Below, piece by piece: positions 48,305 to 58,312 of a stretch of 64,000 nucleotides of DNA. How positions within the stretch are numbered: position 1 is the first letter of the stretch; each line of letters begins with the position of its first letter. Position numbers and translations under genes: made by a program. A model generated the notes under the pieces. It saw only the letters and a list, made by a program, of their open reading frames with translations, ran no database searches and was not told the DNA's origin. Origin of the DNA: Candidatus Eiseniibacteriota bacterium (GTDB taxonomy: Bacteria > Eisenbacteria > RBG-16-71-46); the NCBI GenBank assembly GCA_963744995.1, contig CAVUWA010000009.1, positions 1 through 64,000 of the forward strand, given 5' to 3'.

Positions 48305-49219
48305 GTGAAACAGCAGGATCAAATCCGCCTCAACGTGGGGCTGGCGGAGATGCTCAAGGGCGGCGTCATCATGGACGTGATGTCGGCGGACCAGGCGAAG
48401 ATCGCCGAGGAATCCGGCGCCGCGGCGGTGATGGCGCTCGAGCGCATCCCATCGCGCATCCGTCGCGAAGGCGGCGTGGCGCGCATGTCGGATCCGAAGC
48501 TCATCAAGGAGATCGAAGCTGCGGTCTCGATCCCGGTCATGGCCAAGTGCCGGATCGGTCACGTCGTCGAGGCGCAGATCCTCGAAGCGCTCGGCGTGGA
48601 TTTCGTCGACGAGAGCGAGGTGCTGACGCCCGCCGACGAGGAGAATCACATCGACAAGCACGCCTTCAAGGTGCCGTTCGTGTGCGGCTGCCGTGACCTG
48701 GGCGAGGCCTTGCGCCGGATCGGCGAAGGCGCCGCGATGATCCGCACCAAGGGCGAAGCCGGCACCGGCAACGTGGTCGAGGCGGTGCGCCACATGCGCT
48801 CGGTGCAGCGCGCCATGAAGACGCTCACCACGCTCACCGGCGACGAGCTGATGGCCGAGGCCAAGCGCCTGGGCGCGCCGTATGAGCAGGTGCGTCAGGT
48901 CGCGCAGACCGGCAGGCTGCCGGTGCCGAACTTCGCCGCGGGCGGAGTGGCGACGCCGGCCGACGCCGCACTGATGATGCGCCTCGGCGCCGAAGCGGTG
49001 TTCGTCGGCTCGGGGATCTTCGACGTCGGGGTCGACGGCAAGCCGGAGGACGCACGCAAGGACCAGCTGCGCATGGCGCGCGCGATCGTCCGCGCCGTGA
49101 CCGACTGGGACAAGCCCGGGGTGCTGGCGGAGATCAGCGAGGGGCTGCCGCGCGCGATGCGCGGGCTGGCCATGGAGCAGATCTCCGAAGCGGAGCAGCT
49201 GGCGAAGCGCGGATGGTGA
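48305..49219 (+). CDS. pdxS: Pyridoxal 5'-phosphate synthase lyase subunit
   Basis: [45 protein letters not shown]. Confidence 0.96.
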   Translation: MKQQDQIRLNVGLAEMLKGGVIMDVMSADQAKIAEESGAAAVMALERIPSRIRREGGVARMSDPKLIKEIEAAVSIPVMAKCRIGHVVEAQILEALGVDFVDESEVLTPADEENHIDKHAFKVPFVCGCRDLGEALRRIGEGAAMIRTKGEAGTGNVVEAVRHMRSVQRAMKTLTTLTGDELMAEAKRLGAPYEQVRQVAQTGRLPVPNFAAGGVATPADAALMMRLGAEAVFVGSGIFDVGVDGKPEDARKDQLRMARAIVRAVTDWDKPGVLAEISEGLPRAMRGLAMEQISEAEQLAKRGW

Positions 49220-49881
49220 CGGAGGGGGGCGGCACCTCGCCCGCACGGGCGCGGCCGCGCGTGGGCGTGCTCGCCCTGCAGGGCGACTTCGCCCGCCACG
49301 CGGCTGCGCTGGAGGCGCTCGGCGCCCGGCCGGTGCGCGTCACCGCGCCGCGCGATCTCGACGGGCTCGACGCGCTGGTCCTGCCCGGGGGCGAATCCAC
49401 GACGATGGTGCGGCTGATCGACGCGGTCGGCCTGCGCGCGCCGCTCGAGGCGTTCATCGCCTCGAAGCCGGTGCTCGGCACCTGCGCCGGTGTGATCCTG
49501 CTCGGCCGCGGCGGAGCCCATCTGCCCGCGCCGCCGTTCGGCGGGATCGACGCCGAGGTCGAGCGCAACGCCTGGGGCCGCCAGATCGATTCGTTCACCG
49601 CTCCCGTGGACGCGCCGCGACTGGGCGAACCCTGCGAGGGCGTGTTCATTCGCGCGCCGCGCATCCGCGCCGTCGGTCCGGACGTCGAGGTGGTCGCGCG
49701 GCTCGGCGGGGAGCGGGCGGGGGAGATCGTCGGCGTGCGCCAGGGTCGACTCGTAGGGCTCTGCTTCCATCCCGAACTCACCCCCGATCTGCGCTTTCAC
49801 CGCTGGTTCCTCGACGAGGTCGCCGGGCTCGGCCCGCGCGCGGCCGCCGCGGCGCCGATCGCCCGGGCGGAGGTCGCTTGA
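49213..49881 (+). CDS. pdxT: Pyridoxal 5'-phosphate synthase glutaminase subunit
   Basis: [41 protein letters not shown]. Confidence 0.95.
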   Translation: MVTEGGGTSPARARPRVGVLALQGDFARHAAALEALGARPVRVTAPRDLDGLDALVLPGGESTTMVRLIDAVGLRAPLEAFIASKPVLGTCAGVILLGRGGAHLPAPPFGGIDAEVERNAWGRQIDSFTAPVDAPRLGEPCEGVFIRAPRIRAVGPDVEVVARLGGERAGEIVGVRQGRLVGLCFHPELTPDLRFHRWFLDEVAGLGPRAAAAAPIARAEVA

Positions 49882-50897
49882 ACCCGGACGCGGCGCGGGC
49901 CGCGCTGCACCAGCTGATCGCCAGGCGCGCGCGCTTCCTGCTCACCACGCACGTCAATCCCGACGGCGACGGGCTGGGCAGCGAAGTGGCCTGTGCGCTG
50001 TGGCTCGAGGCGCTCGGCAAGTCGGTCAGGATCCTCAACGACTCGCCGGTGCCGCCCGCGTTCGAGTTCCTGAGCGGCGACCACGCGATCGAGACGTTCG
50101 AGGAGACCCGCGCCGAGACGCGCTTCGGCGAGGCCGACGTGCTGCTGGTGCTCGACACCAGCAACCGCCAGCGTATCGGCCGTCTCGCTCCGGTGATCGA
50201 CCGCCACGCGATCGAGGTTGCGATCGTCGATCATCACGTCTCGCACGACGGCTTCGGCAAGGTGAACGTGATCGAGCCCGGCGCCGCGGCGACCGCCGAG
50301 ATCGTCTACGACCTGATCGGCGAGAGCGGCGTCCCGCTCACGAAGCCGATGGCCGAAGCGCTGTACGTGGGGCTCATGACGGACACCGGCTCGTTCCGCT
50401 ACTCCAACACCGACGGCGACGCCCACCGCATGGCGGCGGCGCTGGTGGACACCGGGCTCGACCCGCAGCGCATTCATGCGCGGGTCCATTCGCACGCTTC
50501 GGCCGGGCGGCTGCGCTTCTTCGGCGAGGTGCTGGGCGCCCTGCGCATGATCGAGGACGGCCGCATCGCGGTGCTCGAGGCTGCCCCCGAGCAGTTCCAG
50601 CGCCACGGTCTGGTGGGCGCCGACACCGAGGGCCTGGTGGACATGCCGCGCGCGATCGCCGGGGTCGAAGTCGTGGCGCTGTTCTCCGAACTCGAGCCCG
50701 GCAAGGTCAAGGTGAGCCTGCGCTCGACCGGCCGCGTGGCGATCGATCAGGTGTGTTCGGCCCTGGGCGGCGGCGGGCACGTGCACGCCGCCGGCGTGCT
50801 GATGCACGGGACGCGCGAGCGCGCGATGGCGCGGGTGCTGCCGGAGCTGGCGAAGCGGGTCGCCGCGCTGGAGCCCGCGGGGCGCGCGCGTGGTTGA
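49878..50897 (+). CDS. nrnA: DHH/DHHA1 phosphoesterase (NrnA-like oligoribonuclease / pAp phosphatase)
   Basis: HVNPDGDGLGS, VDHH, TDTGSF, SLRS, GGGGHVHAAG. Confidence 0.88.
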   Translation: MNPDAARAALHQLIARRARFLLTTHVNPDGDGLGSEVACALWLEALGKSVRILNDSPVPPAFEFLSGDHAIETFEETRAETRFGEADVLLVLDTSNRQRIGRLAPVIDRHAIEVAIVDHHVSHDGFGKVNVIEPGAAATAEIVYDLIGESGVPLTKPMAEALYVGLMTDTGSFRYSNTDGDAHRMAAALVDTGLDPQRIHARVHSHASAGRLRFFGEVLGALRMIEDGRIAVLEAAPEQFQRHGLVGADTEGLVDMPRAIAGVEVVALFSELEPGKVKVSLRSTGRVAIDQVCSALGGGGHVHAAGVLMHGTRERAMARVLPELAKRVAALEPAGRARG

Positions 50898-51543
50898 GGC
50901 GCCGGTGGCGGTGACGATCGAGGCGCGAGGTCTCTCGCACCGCTACGGGCGCCGGCTGGGGCTCGAGCCGCTGGACTTCGACGTCGCCGCGCCCGGCCTG
51001 GTGGCGGTCACCGGGCCCAACGGCTCGGGCAAGTCGACGTTGATGCGCATTCTCGCCGGACTGCTCAGGCCCTCGGGCGGGTCCGTGTCGATTTCGGCGG
51101 GCGGCGTGCCGTGGCCGCCCGAGGCGCGGCGGCTCGGCGTCGGGTTCGCTTCGCCCGACGTCACGCTCTACGAGGAGATGAGCGTCGCGGAGAACCTGCG
51201 TTTCGCCGCGCGTGGCCGCGGGCTCGCCACGCCGGAACCGACGGTCGTGGCGGCGATGGCGCACGTCGGCCTCGAAGCGCGCGCGCACGATCGCGTCGGC
51301 GCGCTGTCGTCGGGCTGGCGCCAGCGCGCGCGGCTCGCCTTCGCGCTGCTGGGCGAGCCGCCCCTGCTGCTGCTGGACGAACCCGGCAGCCATCTGGACG
51401 AAGACGGGCGACGCGTGATCGAATCGCTCGCCGGGACCTGGTCGCGCGAGCGCCTGGTCATGATCGCCACCAACGACGAACGGGAGTGGACGCTTGGCCG
51501 GCAAAGGATCGATGTCGCAGGCGGTGTGGGCCGTCCTCGCTAA
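50890..51543 (+). CDS. ccmA: Heme ABC exporter ATP-binding subunit
   Basis: GPNGSGKST, LSSGWRQR, LLLDEP. First gene of the ccm cluster. Confidence 0.82.
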   Translation: MVEAPVAVTIEARGLSHRYGRRLGLEPLDFDVAAPGLVAVTGPNGSGKSTLMRILAGLLRPSGGSVSISAGGVPWPPEARRLGVGFASPDVTLYEEMSVAENLRFAARGRGLATPEPTVVAAMAHVGLEARAHDRVGALSSGWRQRARLAFALLGEPPLLLLDEPGSHLDEDGRRVIESLAGTWSRERLVMIATNDEREWTLGRQRIDVAGGVGRPR

Positions 51544-52165
51544 GGAGTGCCGCAGCGAGTGGCGCACGCGCTACGGGCTGAACGCGGCGCTGCTGTTCGC
51601 GATCACCACCCTGGTGGCGGTGAGCTTCGCCGTGGGCCGGCTTCCGGACCGCACCGATCTCCTCGCCGCGCTGCTCTGGGTGGTGCTGCTGTTCGCCTCG
51701 CTGGCCTCGCTTGCCCACACGTTCGTGCGCGAGATCGACGGGCGCACGATGACGTTTCTGAGGCTCGTCGCCTCGCCGACGGCGATCGCGCTCGGCAAGC
51801 TGCTGTTCAATCTGCTGTTCCTCGCGCTGCTCGAGATCGTGATCGTGCCGATCTACCTGCTGCTGATGGGAGGGCCGTCGCCCCGCTGGGGCCCGTTCCT
51901 CGCGCTGCTCGCGCTCGGCAGCCTCGCGCTGGCCGCGGCCACCACCCTGGTGGGGGCGCTGATCGCGCAGACCCGCGGCCGCGGCTCGCTGTTCGCGGGC
52001 GTCTCGATTCCGGTCCTGCTGCCGATCTTCGCCGCCGCGGTGAGCGGCACCCGCGTGCAGTGGGAAGGCGGCGCGGTGGGCGGTGAACTGCGGCTGCTGT
52101 CGGCCTACGCCGTGGCGATGCTGGCGGCCGGACTGCTGCTTTACGATCATCTCTGGGAAGACTAG
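51512..52165 (+). CDS. ccmB: Heme exporter protein B
   Basis: KECRSEWR, FVREIDGRT, LGKLLFN, six TM segments. Confidence 0.85.
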   Translation: MSQAVWAVLAKECRSEWRTRYGLNAALLFAITTLVAVSFAVGRLPDRTDLLAALLWVVLLFASLASLAHTFVREIDGRTMTFLRLVASPTAIALGKLLFNLLFLALLEIVIVPIYLLLMGGPSPRWGPFLALLALGSLALAAATTLVGALIAQTRGRGSLFAGVSIPVLLPIFAAAVSGTRVQWEGGAVGGELRLLSAYAVAMLAAGLLLYDHLWED

Positions 52166-52229
52166 TCTCTGGGTCGGACTGCTCCGCCGACTCGCGGGCG
52201 GGCCGCTGGCGCGAAGGAGCGCGGAGCGA

Positions 52230-52889
52230 ATGCGCATGGTATGGAAGATCATTCTGTTCGTCTGGATCGCCGCGGCGATGGTGCTCGGGTTCACCTGGGC
52301 GCCGCTGGTGCCGTACCTGAACGAGACGACCCGGGTGCTCTACTTCCACGTTCCGGCGGCGTGGGTGACGGTGCTGGCGCTCGGCTGGTCGATGGTGCAC
52401 AGCGCGCTGTACCTCAGGCGCCGCGACCTGAGGCACGACGATCAGGCGGCCGGCGCGGCCGAACTCGGAATCACCTTCTGCATCGTCGCGACGATCAGCG
52501 GCTCGCTGTGGGCGCGCGCGCAGTGGGGCTCGTACTGGAACTGGGATCCGCGTGAGACCACGATCTTCTTCCTGCTGCTCGTCTACGGTGCGTATCTGGC
52601 GATCCGCGGCGCGGTCGAGGAGCCGGTGAAGCGCGCGCGCCTCTCGGCGATCTACTCGGCGGTCGCGTTCGTGGCGGTGCCGTTCCTGATCTTCGTCGTG
52701 CCGCGCATCTATTCGACGCTCCACCCCTCGCCGATCCTGCCGGCGGGCGGCGGCGCGCCTGCGGGCGGCATGGATCCGCGGATCCGCATCGTGTTCTGGT
52801 CGATGGTCGCAGGATTCACGGCACTGTTCTTCTGGGTGCTCTCGCTGCGCGTCCGGCTCGCCCGGCTCGAGCGCGAGGCGGCGGCTTGA
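52230..52889 (+). CDS. ccmC: Heme exporter / cytochrome c biogenesis protein C
   Basis: LYFHVPAAW, WWD-type motif WGSYWNWDPRET, TLHP. Confidence 0.9.
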   Translation: MRMVWKIILFVWIAAAMVLGFTWAPLVPYLNETTRVLYFHVPAAWVTVLALGWSMVHSALYLRRRDLRHDDQAAGAAELGITFCIVATISGSLWARAQWGSYWNWDPRETTIFFLLLVYGAYLAIRGAVEEPVKRARLSAIYSAVAFVAVPFLIFVVPRIYSTLHPSPILPAGGGAPAGGMDPRIRIVFWSMVAGFTALFFWVLSLRVRLARLEREAAA

Positions 52890-52941
52890 ACGGGCGCGGG
52901 GGAGCGCGAAACAGGGCGCGTCCCGGCGCGGGGAGGCGCAT

Positions 52942-53049
52942 CTGAGTTCACAATGGACTGTCCTCGGCGTGGCTCTGCTGGCATGGGGCCTGCTGTTCTT
53001 CTATCTGTTGCGCCTCGATCGGCGCATTCGTGACCTGGAGAAACGATGA
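52942..53049 (+). CDS. ccmD: CcmD family small membrane protein (35 aa), CTG start, absent from the ORF track
   Basis: (M)SSQWTVLGVALLAWGLLFFYLLRLDRRIRDLEKR*. GGAGG ends 5 nt before the CTG, and the stop overlaps the ccmE ATG. Confidence 0.8.
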   Translation: MSSQWTVLGVALLAWGLLFFYLLRLDRRIRDLEKR

Positions 53050-53429
53050 ACGTCAAGATCATTCTGGCGCTTGGACTTCTGGCGGGGGCCACGGTCGTGG
53101 GCGTGACCAGCTTCAAGAAGACCGTGACGCCGTACATTGCCTTTTCGGAGGCGCGTCGTGCATCGGGCCTCGTGCAGGTGAACGGCAAGCTCGCGGACAA
53201 GAACTACGTGATGAAGAAGGAGGAGCAGTACCTCGAGTTCCGCCTTCGGGACGACAAAGGCGAGGTCATGCCGGTGCGCTACCACGGCGTGATCCCGGGC
53301 AACTTCGACCAGGCCACGATGATCGTCGCCATCGGCCGCTACCAGGGTGATCACTTCGAGGCGGACCAGCTGCTCGTCAAGTGTCCCTCGAAGTATCAGA
53401 CCGAAGCCGAAAGGGGCGCAGCATCCTGA
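53046..53429 (+). CDS. ccmE: Heme chaperone CcmE, Cys-type (CxxxY)
   Basis: N-terminal anchor, VRYHGVIPGNF, FEADQLLVKCPSKY. Confidence 0.92.
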   Translation: MNVKIILALGLLAGATVVGVTSFKKTVTPYIAFSEARRASGLVQVNGKLADKNYVMKKEEQYLEFRLRDDKGEVMPVRYHGVIPGNFDQATMIVAIGRYQGDHFEADQLLVKCPSKYQTEAERGAAS

Positions 53430-53509
53430 CGCAGCGAGGTTGGATCCAGTCGGCCGCGATCGTTCTCCCCGCGGCAGGCGTGGGCCTGCTGCTCGTCGGA
53501 CTCGGCGTG

Positions 53510-55699
53510 ATGAACGCCGGGCAGGTGCTCAGCTGGATCGGGTTCCTGGCGTCGCTCGTCGCGGCGATTTCGTTCCTCGCCGCCACCGGCGGGCGTGAAC
53601 GGGCGCTGCCCATCGCGCGCGGCGCCTTCGTCGTGCAGTGGCTGGCGCTGCTCGGCGCGACGTTCTTCCTCTGGCGCATCCTCTTCACGCACGACTTCCA
53701 CTACATGTACGCGGCGCAGTACTCGTCGCGCAGCATGCCGTCCTACTACGTGTACGCGGCGTTCTGGGGCGGGCAGGAGGGAACGTTCCTGCTGTGGGCG
53801 CTGATCACCGCCACGCTGGGCCTGATCCTGATGCGCCTGCGGAACAAGCTCACCACGCCTGCGATGTTCTTCCTGAACCTGCCGCTGCTGATGCTGCTGC
53901 TGGTGACGGTGATGCGCGGCCCGTTCCTGACGTTCCCGGCGGGCCAGACCCCCGCGGACGGCCAGGGCCTGAATCCGCTGCTGCAGGATCCGTGGATGAC
54001 GATCCACCCCCCGGTGCTGTTCACCGGCTTCTCGTCGCTGGTCGTGCCCTTCGCGATCGCGATGGCGGCGCTGGTCAGGCGCGAATACGACGGCTGGATC
54101 AAGCCGGCGCTGCCGTGGGTGGTGTTCTCGGTATCGATCCTCGCCACCGGCTTCATCATGGGCGGCGTGTGGGCCTACAAGGTGCTGGGCTGGGGCGGCT
54201 ACTGGGGCTGGGACCCGGTCGAGAACGGCTCGCTGATCCCGTGGCTCTCGAACATCGCGCTCCTGCACGGCCTGCTGGTGCAGCGCGTCACCGGGAGCCT
54301 GCGGCGCACCAACTTCTTCCTCGCCATCACCTCGTACGTCCTGGTGCTCTATGCCTCGTTCCTGACCCGCAGCGGCGTGCTCGCCGACTTCTCGGTGCAC
54401 TCGTTCGTGAACCTGGGCCTCAACGGGTTCCTGCTCTCGTTCCTGTTCATCACGATGGCGGTGGGCTACGGGACGCTGCTCTACCGGCTGCGCGACATCC
54501 CCGGGCCGGCGCAGCCGCTCGGCAACTTCTCGCGCGAGTCCATGATGTGGCTCGGCCAGCTGGTGTTCATGCTGATGTGCGCGCTGGTCGCGGTCGGCAT
54601 GAGCGCGCCGCTCATCACCCGGCTGTTCGGACCGCCGTCCAACGTGCAGACCGAGTACTACAACCTCGTGAACGGTCCGCTGGCGATCGCCCTGGGCCTG
54701 CTGCTCGGGCTCGCGCCGCTCATGCGCTGGCGCCAGCAGGACCCGCAGGCGCTGCTCAAGGCGGCGCTGCCCGGCGTCGTGATCGCCGTGCTCGTGGCCC
54801 TGGCGGCGATGGTGGCGGGCGTGCGGCAGCCGGTGCCGGCGCTGATCATCTTCGGGGCGGCCTTCGCACTGGCCTCGAACCTGGTGGTGACGGTGCGCGG
54901 CTTCAAGGCCGGCTGGAAGCACGGCGTCGCGTATACCGCGCACCTCGGCGCGGCGATCCTGCTGATCGGCGTCATCGCTTCGTCCGGTTACGGGAAGTCG
55001 ATCCAGGTGCAGCTGCCGCGCGGCCAGCAGCGCACCGCGCTCGGCTACGAGATGACCTACGGCGGCATGACCCGGGAGAAGGACGGGAAGGGCCACGTGC
55101 TGATCGCCGTCGACGGGCCGCAGCGCAAGTTCAAGGCGACGCCGGCCATGTACTGGAGCGAGTTCAATCAGGGCTACATGAAGAAGCCCCACATCGAGCG
55201 CTTCCTCATGTACGACGTGTACATCTCGCCGCTCGAAATGGTGGGCGCGAACCCGGCCGACAACGCCGTGTGGTTCGACAAGGGCGAGACGAAGCAGGTC
55301 GGCCAGGTGAAGTACACGTTCGTGGATTTCGACGTGCAGGGGATGGCGAGCGGCGAGCCGACGATCGCGGCGCAGCTGCGCGCCGAGATCGGCGGACGCA
55401 CGGTGCCCGTGCGGCCGTTGATCCAGGTCCGCGGCGGGCGCCAGAACCACGTGCCGGACTACCTGCCGGGAGGCGGCTCGGTGTCGATCGTGGCGGTGGA
55501 CCCGCAGAAGGGTCGCGTGGGGCTCGAGCTGCCGGGGATGGCGACACGGCCCGAGCAGAGCGACGTGCTGGCGGTCGAGGTCAGCACCAAGCCGCTCATC
55601 AATCTCGTGTGGCTCGGCGCGATCATCATGCTGGCGAGCGGGTTCCTCACCGTGCTGCGCCGGTTCCTCGACGTGCGGAAGGCGAAGGCTGCCGCGTAG
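53510..55699 (+). CDS. ccmF: Cytochrome c heme lyase CcmF; start may instead be CTG 53426
   Basis: FWGGQEGTFLLW, GLNPLLQDPWMTIHPP, WGGYWGWDPVEN, TRSG..SVHSF, KPLINLVWLG. Confidence 0.92.
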   Translation: MNAGQVLSWIGFLASLVAAISFLAATGGRERALPIARGAFVVQWLALLGATFFLWRILFTHDFHYMYAAQYSSRSMPSYYVYAAFWGGQEGTFLLWALITATLGLILMRLRNKLTTPAMFFLNLPLLMLLLVTVMRGPFLTFPAGQTPADGQGLNPLLQDPWMTIHPPVLFTGFSSLVVPFAIAMAALVRREYDGWIKPALPWVVFSVSILATGFIMGGVWAYKVLGWGGYWGWDPVENGSLIPWLSNIALLHGLLVQRVTGSLRRTNFFLAITSYVLVLYASFLTRSGVLADFSVHSFVNLGLNGFLLSFLFITMAVGYGTLLYRLRDIPGPAQPLGNFSRESMMWLGQLVFMLMCALVAVGMSAPLITRLFGPPSNVQTEYYNLVNGPLAIALGLLLGLAPLMRWRQQDPQALLKAALPGVVIAVLVALAAMVAGVRQPVPALIIFGAAFALASNLVVTVRGFKAGWKHGVAYTAHLGAAILLIGVIASSGYGKSIQVQLPRGQQRTALGYEMTYGGMTREKDGKGHVLIAVDGPQRKFKATPAMYWSEFNQGYMKKPHIERFLMYDVYISPLEMVGANPADNAVWFDKGETKQVGQVKYTFVDFDVQGMASGEPTIAAQLRAEIGGRTVPVRPLIQVRGGRQNHVPDYLPGGGSVSIVAVDPQKGRVGLELPGMATRPEQSDVLAVEVSTKPLINLVWLGAIIMLASGFLTVLRRFLDVRKAKAAA

Positions 55700-55703
55700 C
55701 CGA

Positions 55704-55760
55704 AGGATGCACGAACCGCGGCCGGGACGGTTCGTGCATCCTCCGGGGGCGGTTTTTTTT
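55704..55760 (+). terminator. Intrinsic terminator after ccmF
   Basis: AGGATGCACGAACCG..CGGTTCGTGCATCCT hairpin with a T8 run shortly downstream. Confidence 0.65.
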
Positions 55761-55816
55761 CGCTTGTTCGCTGCACGGATGTTCACTAATCTGCGGTCGG
55801 TGCCGATCCGATGGTC

Positions 55817-56065
55817 ATGTTCGAGTCGCTGAGCGATCGGGTGGACGTGTTGACGGCGTACGTGGACGGCAGGGTGGAGCCGCTGCGGTTCCGCTGGAAG
55901 GGCCGGGTGATCCGGGTGAGAAAAGTGACCGGCCGCTGGAGCCGGCGCGAAGGGCAGACGGTGCTGCGCTACTTCGCCGTCGAGGGCGAGGGCGAGGCGA
56001 CCTACGAGCTCTGCTACGACCCGCGTGGCTCCTCGTGGTCGCTCTCGAGGGCATGGACGCCATGA
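55817..56065 (+). CDS. Small DUF6504-like protein
   Basis: PLRFRWKGRVIRVRKVTGRW..YFAV..YELCYD..WSL pattern. ATGA overlap with dinB. Confidence 0.65.
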   Translation: MFESLSDRVDVLTAYVDGRVEPLRFRWKGRVIRVRKVTGRWSRREGQTVLRYFAVEGEGEATYELCYDPRGSSWSLSRAWTP

Positions 56066-57369
56066 AGCCCTCGGGGTCATTCAGGCCCGGGCAGTCCCGG
56101 GCCGAGGGGGCCGAGCCGCGGCAGCGCATGGCGTTCCTGCTCGTCGACATGGATGCGTTCTTCGCCTCGGTCGAGCAGGCCCATCACGAACACCTGCGCG
56201 GGAAGCCGGTGATCGTCTGCGGCGATCCCGGCCGGCGCGGCGTGGTGACGGCGGCCTCCTACGAGGCGCGGCCGTTCGGCGTTCACGCCGGGATGCCGGT
56301 CCGGGAGGCGCGCCGTCTCTGCCCGCACGCCGAGTTCGTCGAGGGCGACCCCGACAAGTACGTCGCCCAATCGCTCGAGCTCATGAACCTCTACCTCACC
56401 TACACGCCCGACGTGGAGCCGTTCAGCGTGGACGAGGCGTTCGTGGGCTTCCTGAACCGCGACCTCGAAGCTGCCGCGGCGACCGCGGCCGAGATCCAGC
56501 GTGCGGTCGGCGAGCGTTTCGGGCTCGGCGCCTCGATCGGCGTCGGTCCCAACAAGCTGATCGCGAAGATGGGCGCCGGTCTCCACAAACCACGCGGCCT
56601 CACGGTGCTCGACGAGGCGCGTTTCCGCGAGGCGTTCTGGCCGCGCGACGTACAGGATCTGTGGGGCGTGGGGCCGCAGCTCGCCGTGCGCATGCGGTCG
56701 CTCGGGTTCAAGACCGTAGGCGAGCTGGCCCGCGCCCCCATTCCGACGCTCAAGGCCTCGTTCGGCGTCATCGGCCCGCAGCTGCGCGAAGCCGCGTGGG
56801 GCCGCGACGACACCCCGCTCACGCCCTACCACGAGGGGACCGAGGTCAAATCCATGGGCCACGAGGTCACGCTCGGCGAGGACTCCGATGATCCCGAATT
56901 CCTCACCGGCACGCTGCTGCGGCTCGCCGATCAGGTCGCGCGCCGCCTGCGCGGCGAGGGCTACGCGGGGCGCACCGTGGTGCTGAAGCTCCGCAACCAT
57001 CGCTTCGAGACCTGCACCCGGCAGAAGGCGCTGCCGACCTGGACCAGCGATCACGAACGCATCTACCGAGCGGCACGGGCCCTGTTCGAAGCGAACTGGT
57101 CGGGAGGTCCGGTACGGCTGATCGGGGTGAGCGTGGCGTCGCTGGAGAAGCGCGAGGGTGAAACGCAGACCGAGCTGTTCGCAGGGGACGAGCGCAAACG
57201 GCGCCTGACCGCGGCAGCCGACCAGGTGCGCGACCGGCTCGGCGAGGCGAGCCTGGTGCCGCTCGGCTCGCTCACCCACCGCCGCGGCCTGACCCACGTG
57301 CCGTTCGGCGCGATGTCGGGACGCACGCTGCAGAAGAAGAAGGCGGGCGAGCGGGAAGCGGGCCCGTGA
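56062..57369 (+). CDS. dinB: DNA polymerase IV (Y family)
   Basis: VDMDAFFASVE, AASYEAR, SVDEAF, NKLIAK, LWGVG, KSMGHE, VRLIGV. Confidence 0.93.
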   Translation: MKPSGSFRPGQSRAEGAEPRQRMAFLLVDMDAFFASVEQAHHEHLRGKPVIVCGDPGRRGVVTAASYEARPFGVHAGMPVREARRLCPHAEFVEGDPDKYVAQSLELMNLYLTYTPDVEPFSVDEAFVGFLNRDLEAAAATAAEIQRAVGERFGLGASIGVGPNKLIAKMGAGLHKPRGLTVLDEARFREAFWPRDVQDLWGVGPQLAVRMRSLGFKTVGELARAPIPTLKASFGVIGPQLREAAWGRDDTPLTPYHEGTEVKSMGHEVTLGEDSDDPEFLTGTLLRLADQVARRLRGEGYAGRTVVLKLRNHRFETCTRQKALPTWTSDHERIYRAARALFEANWSGGPVRLIGVSVASLEKREGETQTELFAGDERKRRLTAAADQVRDRLGEASLVPLGSLTHRRGLTHVPFGAMSGRTLQKKKAGEREAGP

Positions 57370-58262
57370 GCCGGATCCGCAGGCGCGGTCGCGAGGCGCA
57401 GGGGCTCGGCCCGCTGTTCGGCGGCACGCCCGAAGCGGCGCCTGCCCCCTCGCCCGCGCGTCCACCCGACCCGCGCGCGCGGATCCTGGTCGGCACCTCC
57501 GGCTACTCGTTCGCCGACTGGGTGGGGCCGTTCTACCCGCCGGGAACGCGCCCGGGCGACTTCCTCCGCCACTACGCGGAGCATTTCCCGGTGGTCGAGC
57601 TCAACGTGACCTACTACCGGATTCCCGATCCCGACGTGGTGGCGCGTATCGAGCAGAAGACGCCCGAAGGGTTCCGCTTCGTGGTCAAGCTCCACCAGTC
57701 GATGACGCACGAACGCGCGACCGACCCCGCCGTCTACCGGGAATTCCATGCGGCCACCGCGCCGCTCGCGGCGGCCGGCAAGCTCGACGGCCTGCTGGCG
57801 CAGTTCCCATGGTCGTTCCGGCGCACGCCGGAGAGCGAGGCACACCTGGAAACGCTGCGCGAACGCCTCGGCGGGACGCCGCTGTTCGTGGAGTTCCGCC
57901 ACGATTCGTGGGCCGGGCCCGACCTGGGCGCGTTCCTCGAATCGCGCCGGCTCGGCTACTGCGCGGTCGACGAGCCGGCACTCGATCACCTGATGCCGCC
58001 GATCGCGCTGCGCACCGCTCAGGACGCCTACGTGCGCTTTCACGGCCGCAACGCCGCGAACTGGTGGGGGAAGGGCGGCGGCGACCGCTACGACTGGGAC
58101 TACCGCGAGGCCGAGCTCAGGGAGTGGCTGGACAGGATCCAGGCCCTTGCCACTCAGGCGCGCCGCACCTACCTGTTCTTCAACAACTGCCACGCCGGGC
58201 AGGCCGCGCGCAGCGCGAAGCTCATGCAGGAACTCCTCCGGCAGCAGAACCTCGGCGCCTGA
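57366..58262 (+). CDS. DUF72 (YecE/YunF) family protein
   Basis: VGTSGYSF..W..FYP, VELNVTYY, LAQFP, VEFRH, YVRFHGRN, FFNNC. Confidence 0.9.
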   Translation: MSRIRRRGREAQGLGPLFGGTPEAAPAPSPARPPDPRARILVGTSGYSFADWVGPFYPPGTRPGDFLRHYAEHFPVVELNVTYYRIPDPDVVARIEQKTPEGFRFVVKLHQSMTHERATDPAVYREFHAATAPLAAAGKLDGLLAQFPWSFRRTPESEAHLETLRERLGGTPLFVEFRHDSWAGPDLGAFLESRRLGYCAVDEPALDHLMPPIALRTAQDAYVRFHGRNAANWWGKGGGDRYDWDYREAELREWLDRIQALATQARRTYLFFNNCHAGQAARSAKLMQELLRQQNLGA

Positions 58263-58312
58263 TAGAATCTCCGCCGGTCCCGCCGTCCATCCGTGCGCCG
58301 AGGAGGCTCTCC

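Noticed and set aside
53638..57369. 1243-aa ORF suggesting a giant DinB fusion
   Set aside because: The first ~800 aa are an off-frame shadow of ccmF and cross a terminator. Polymerase motifs start only after ATG 56062.
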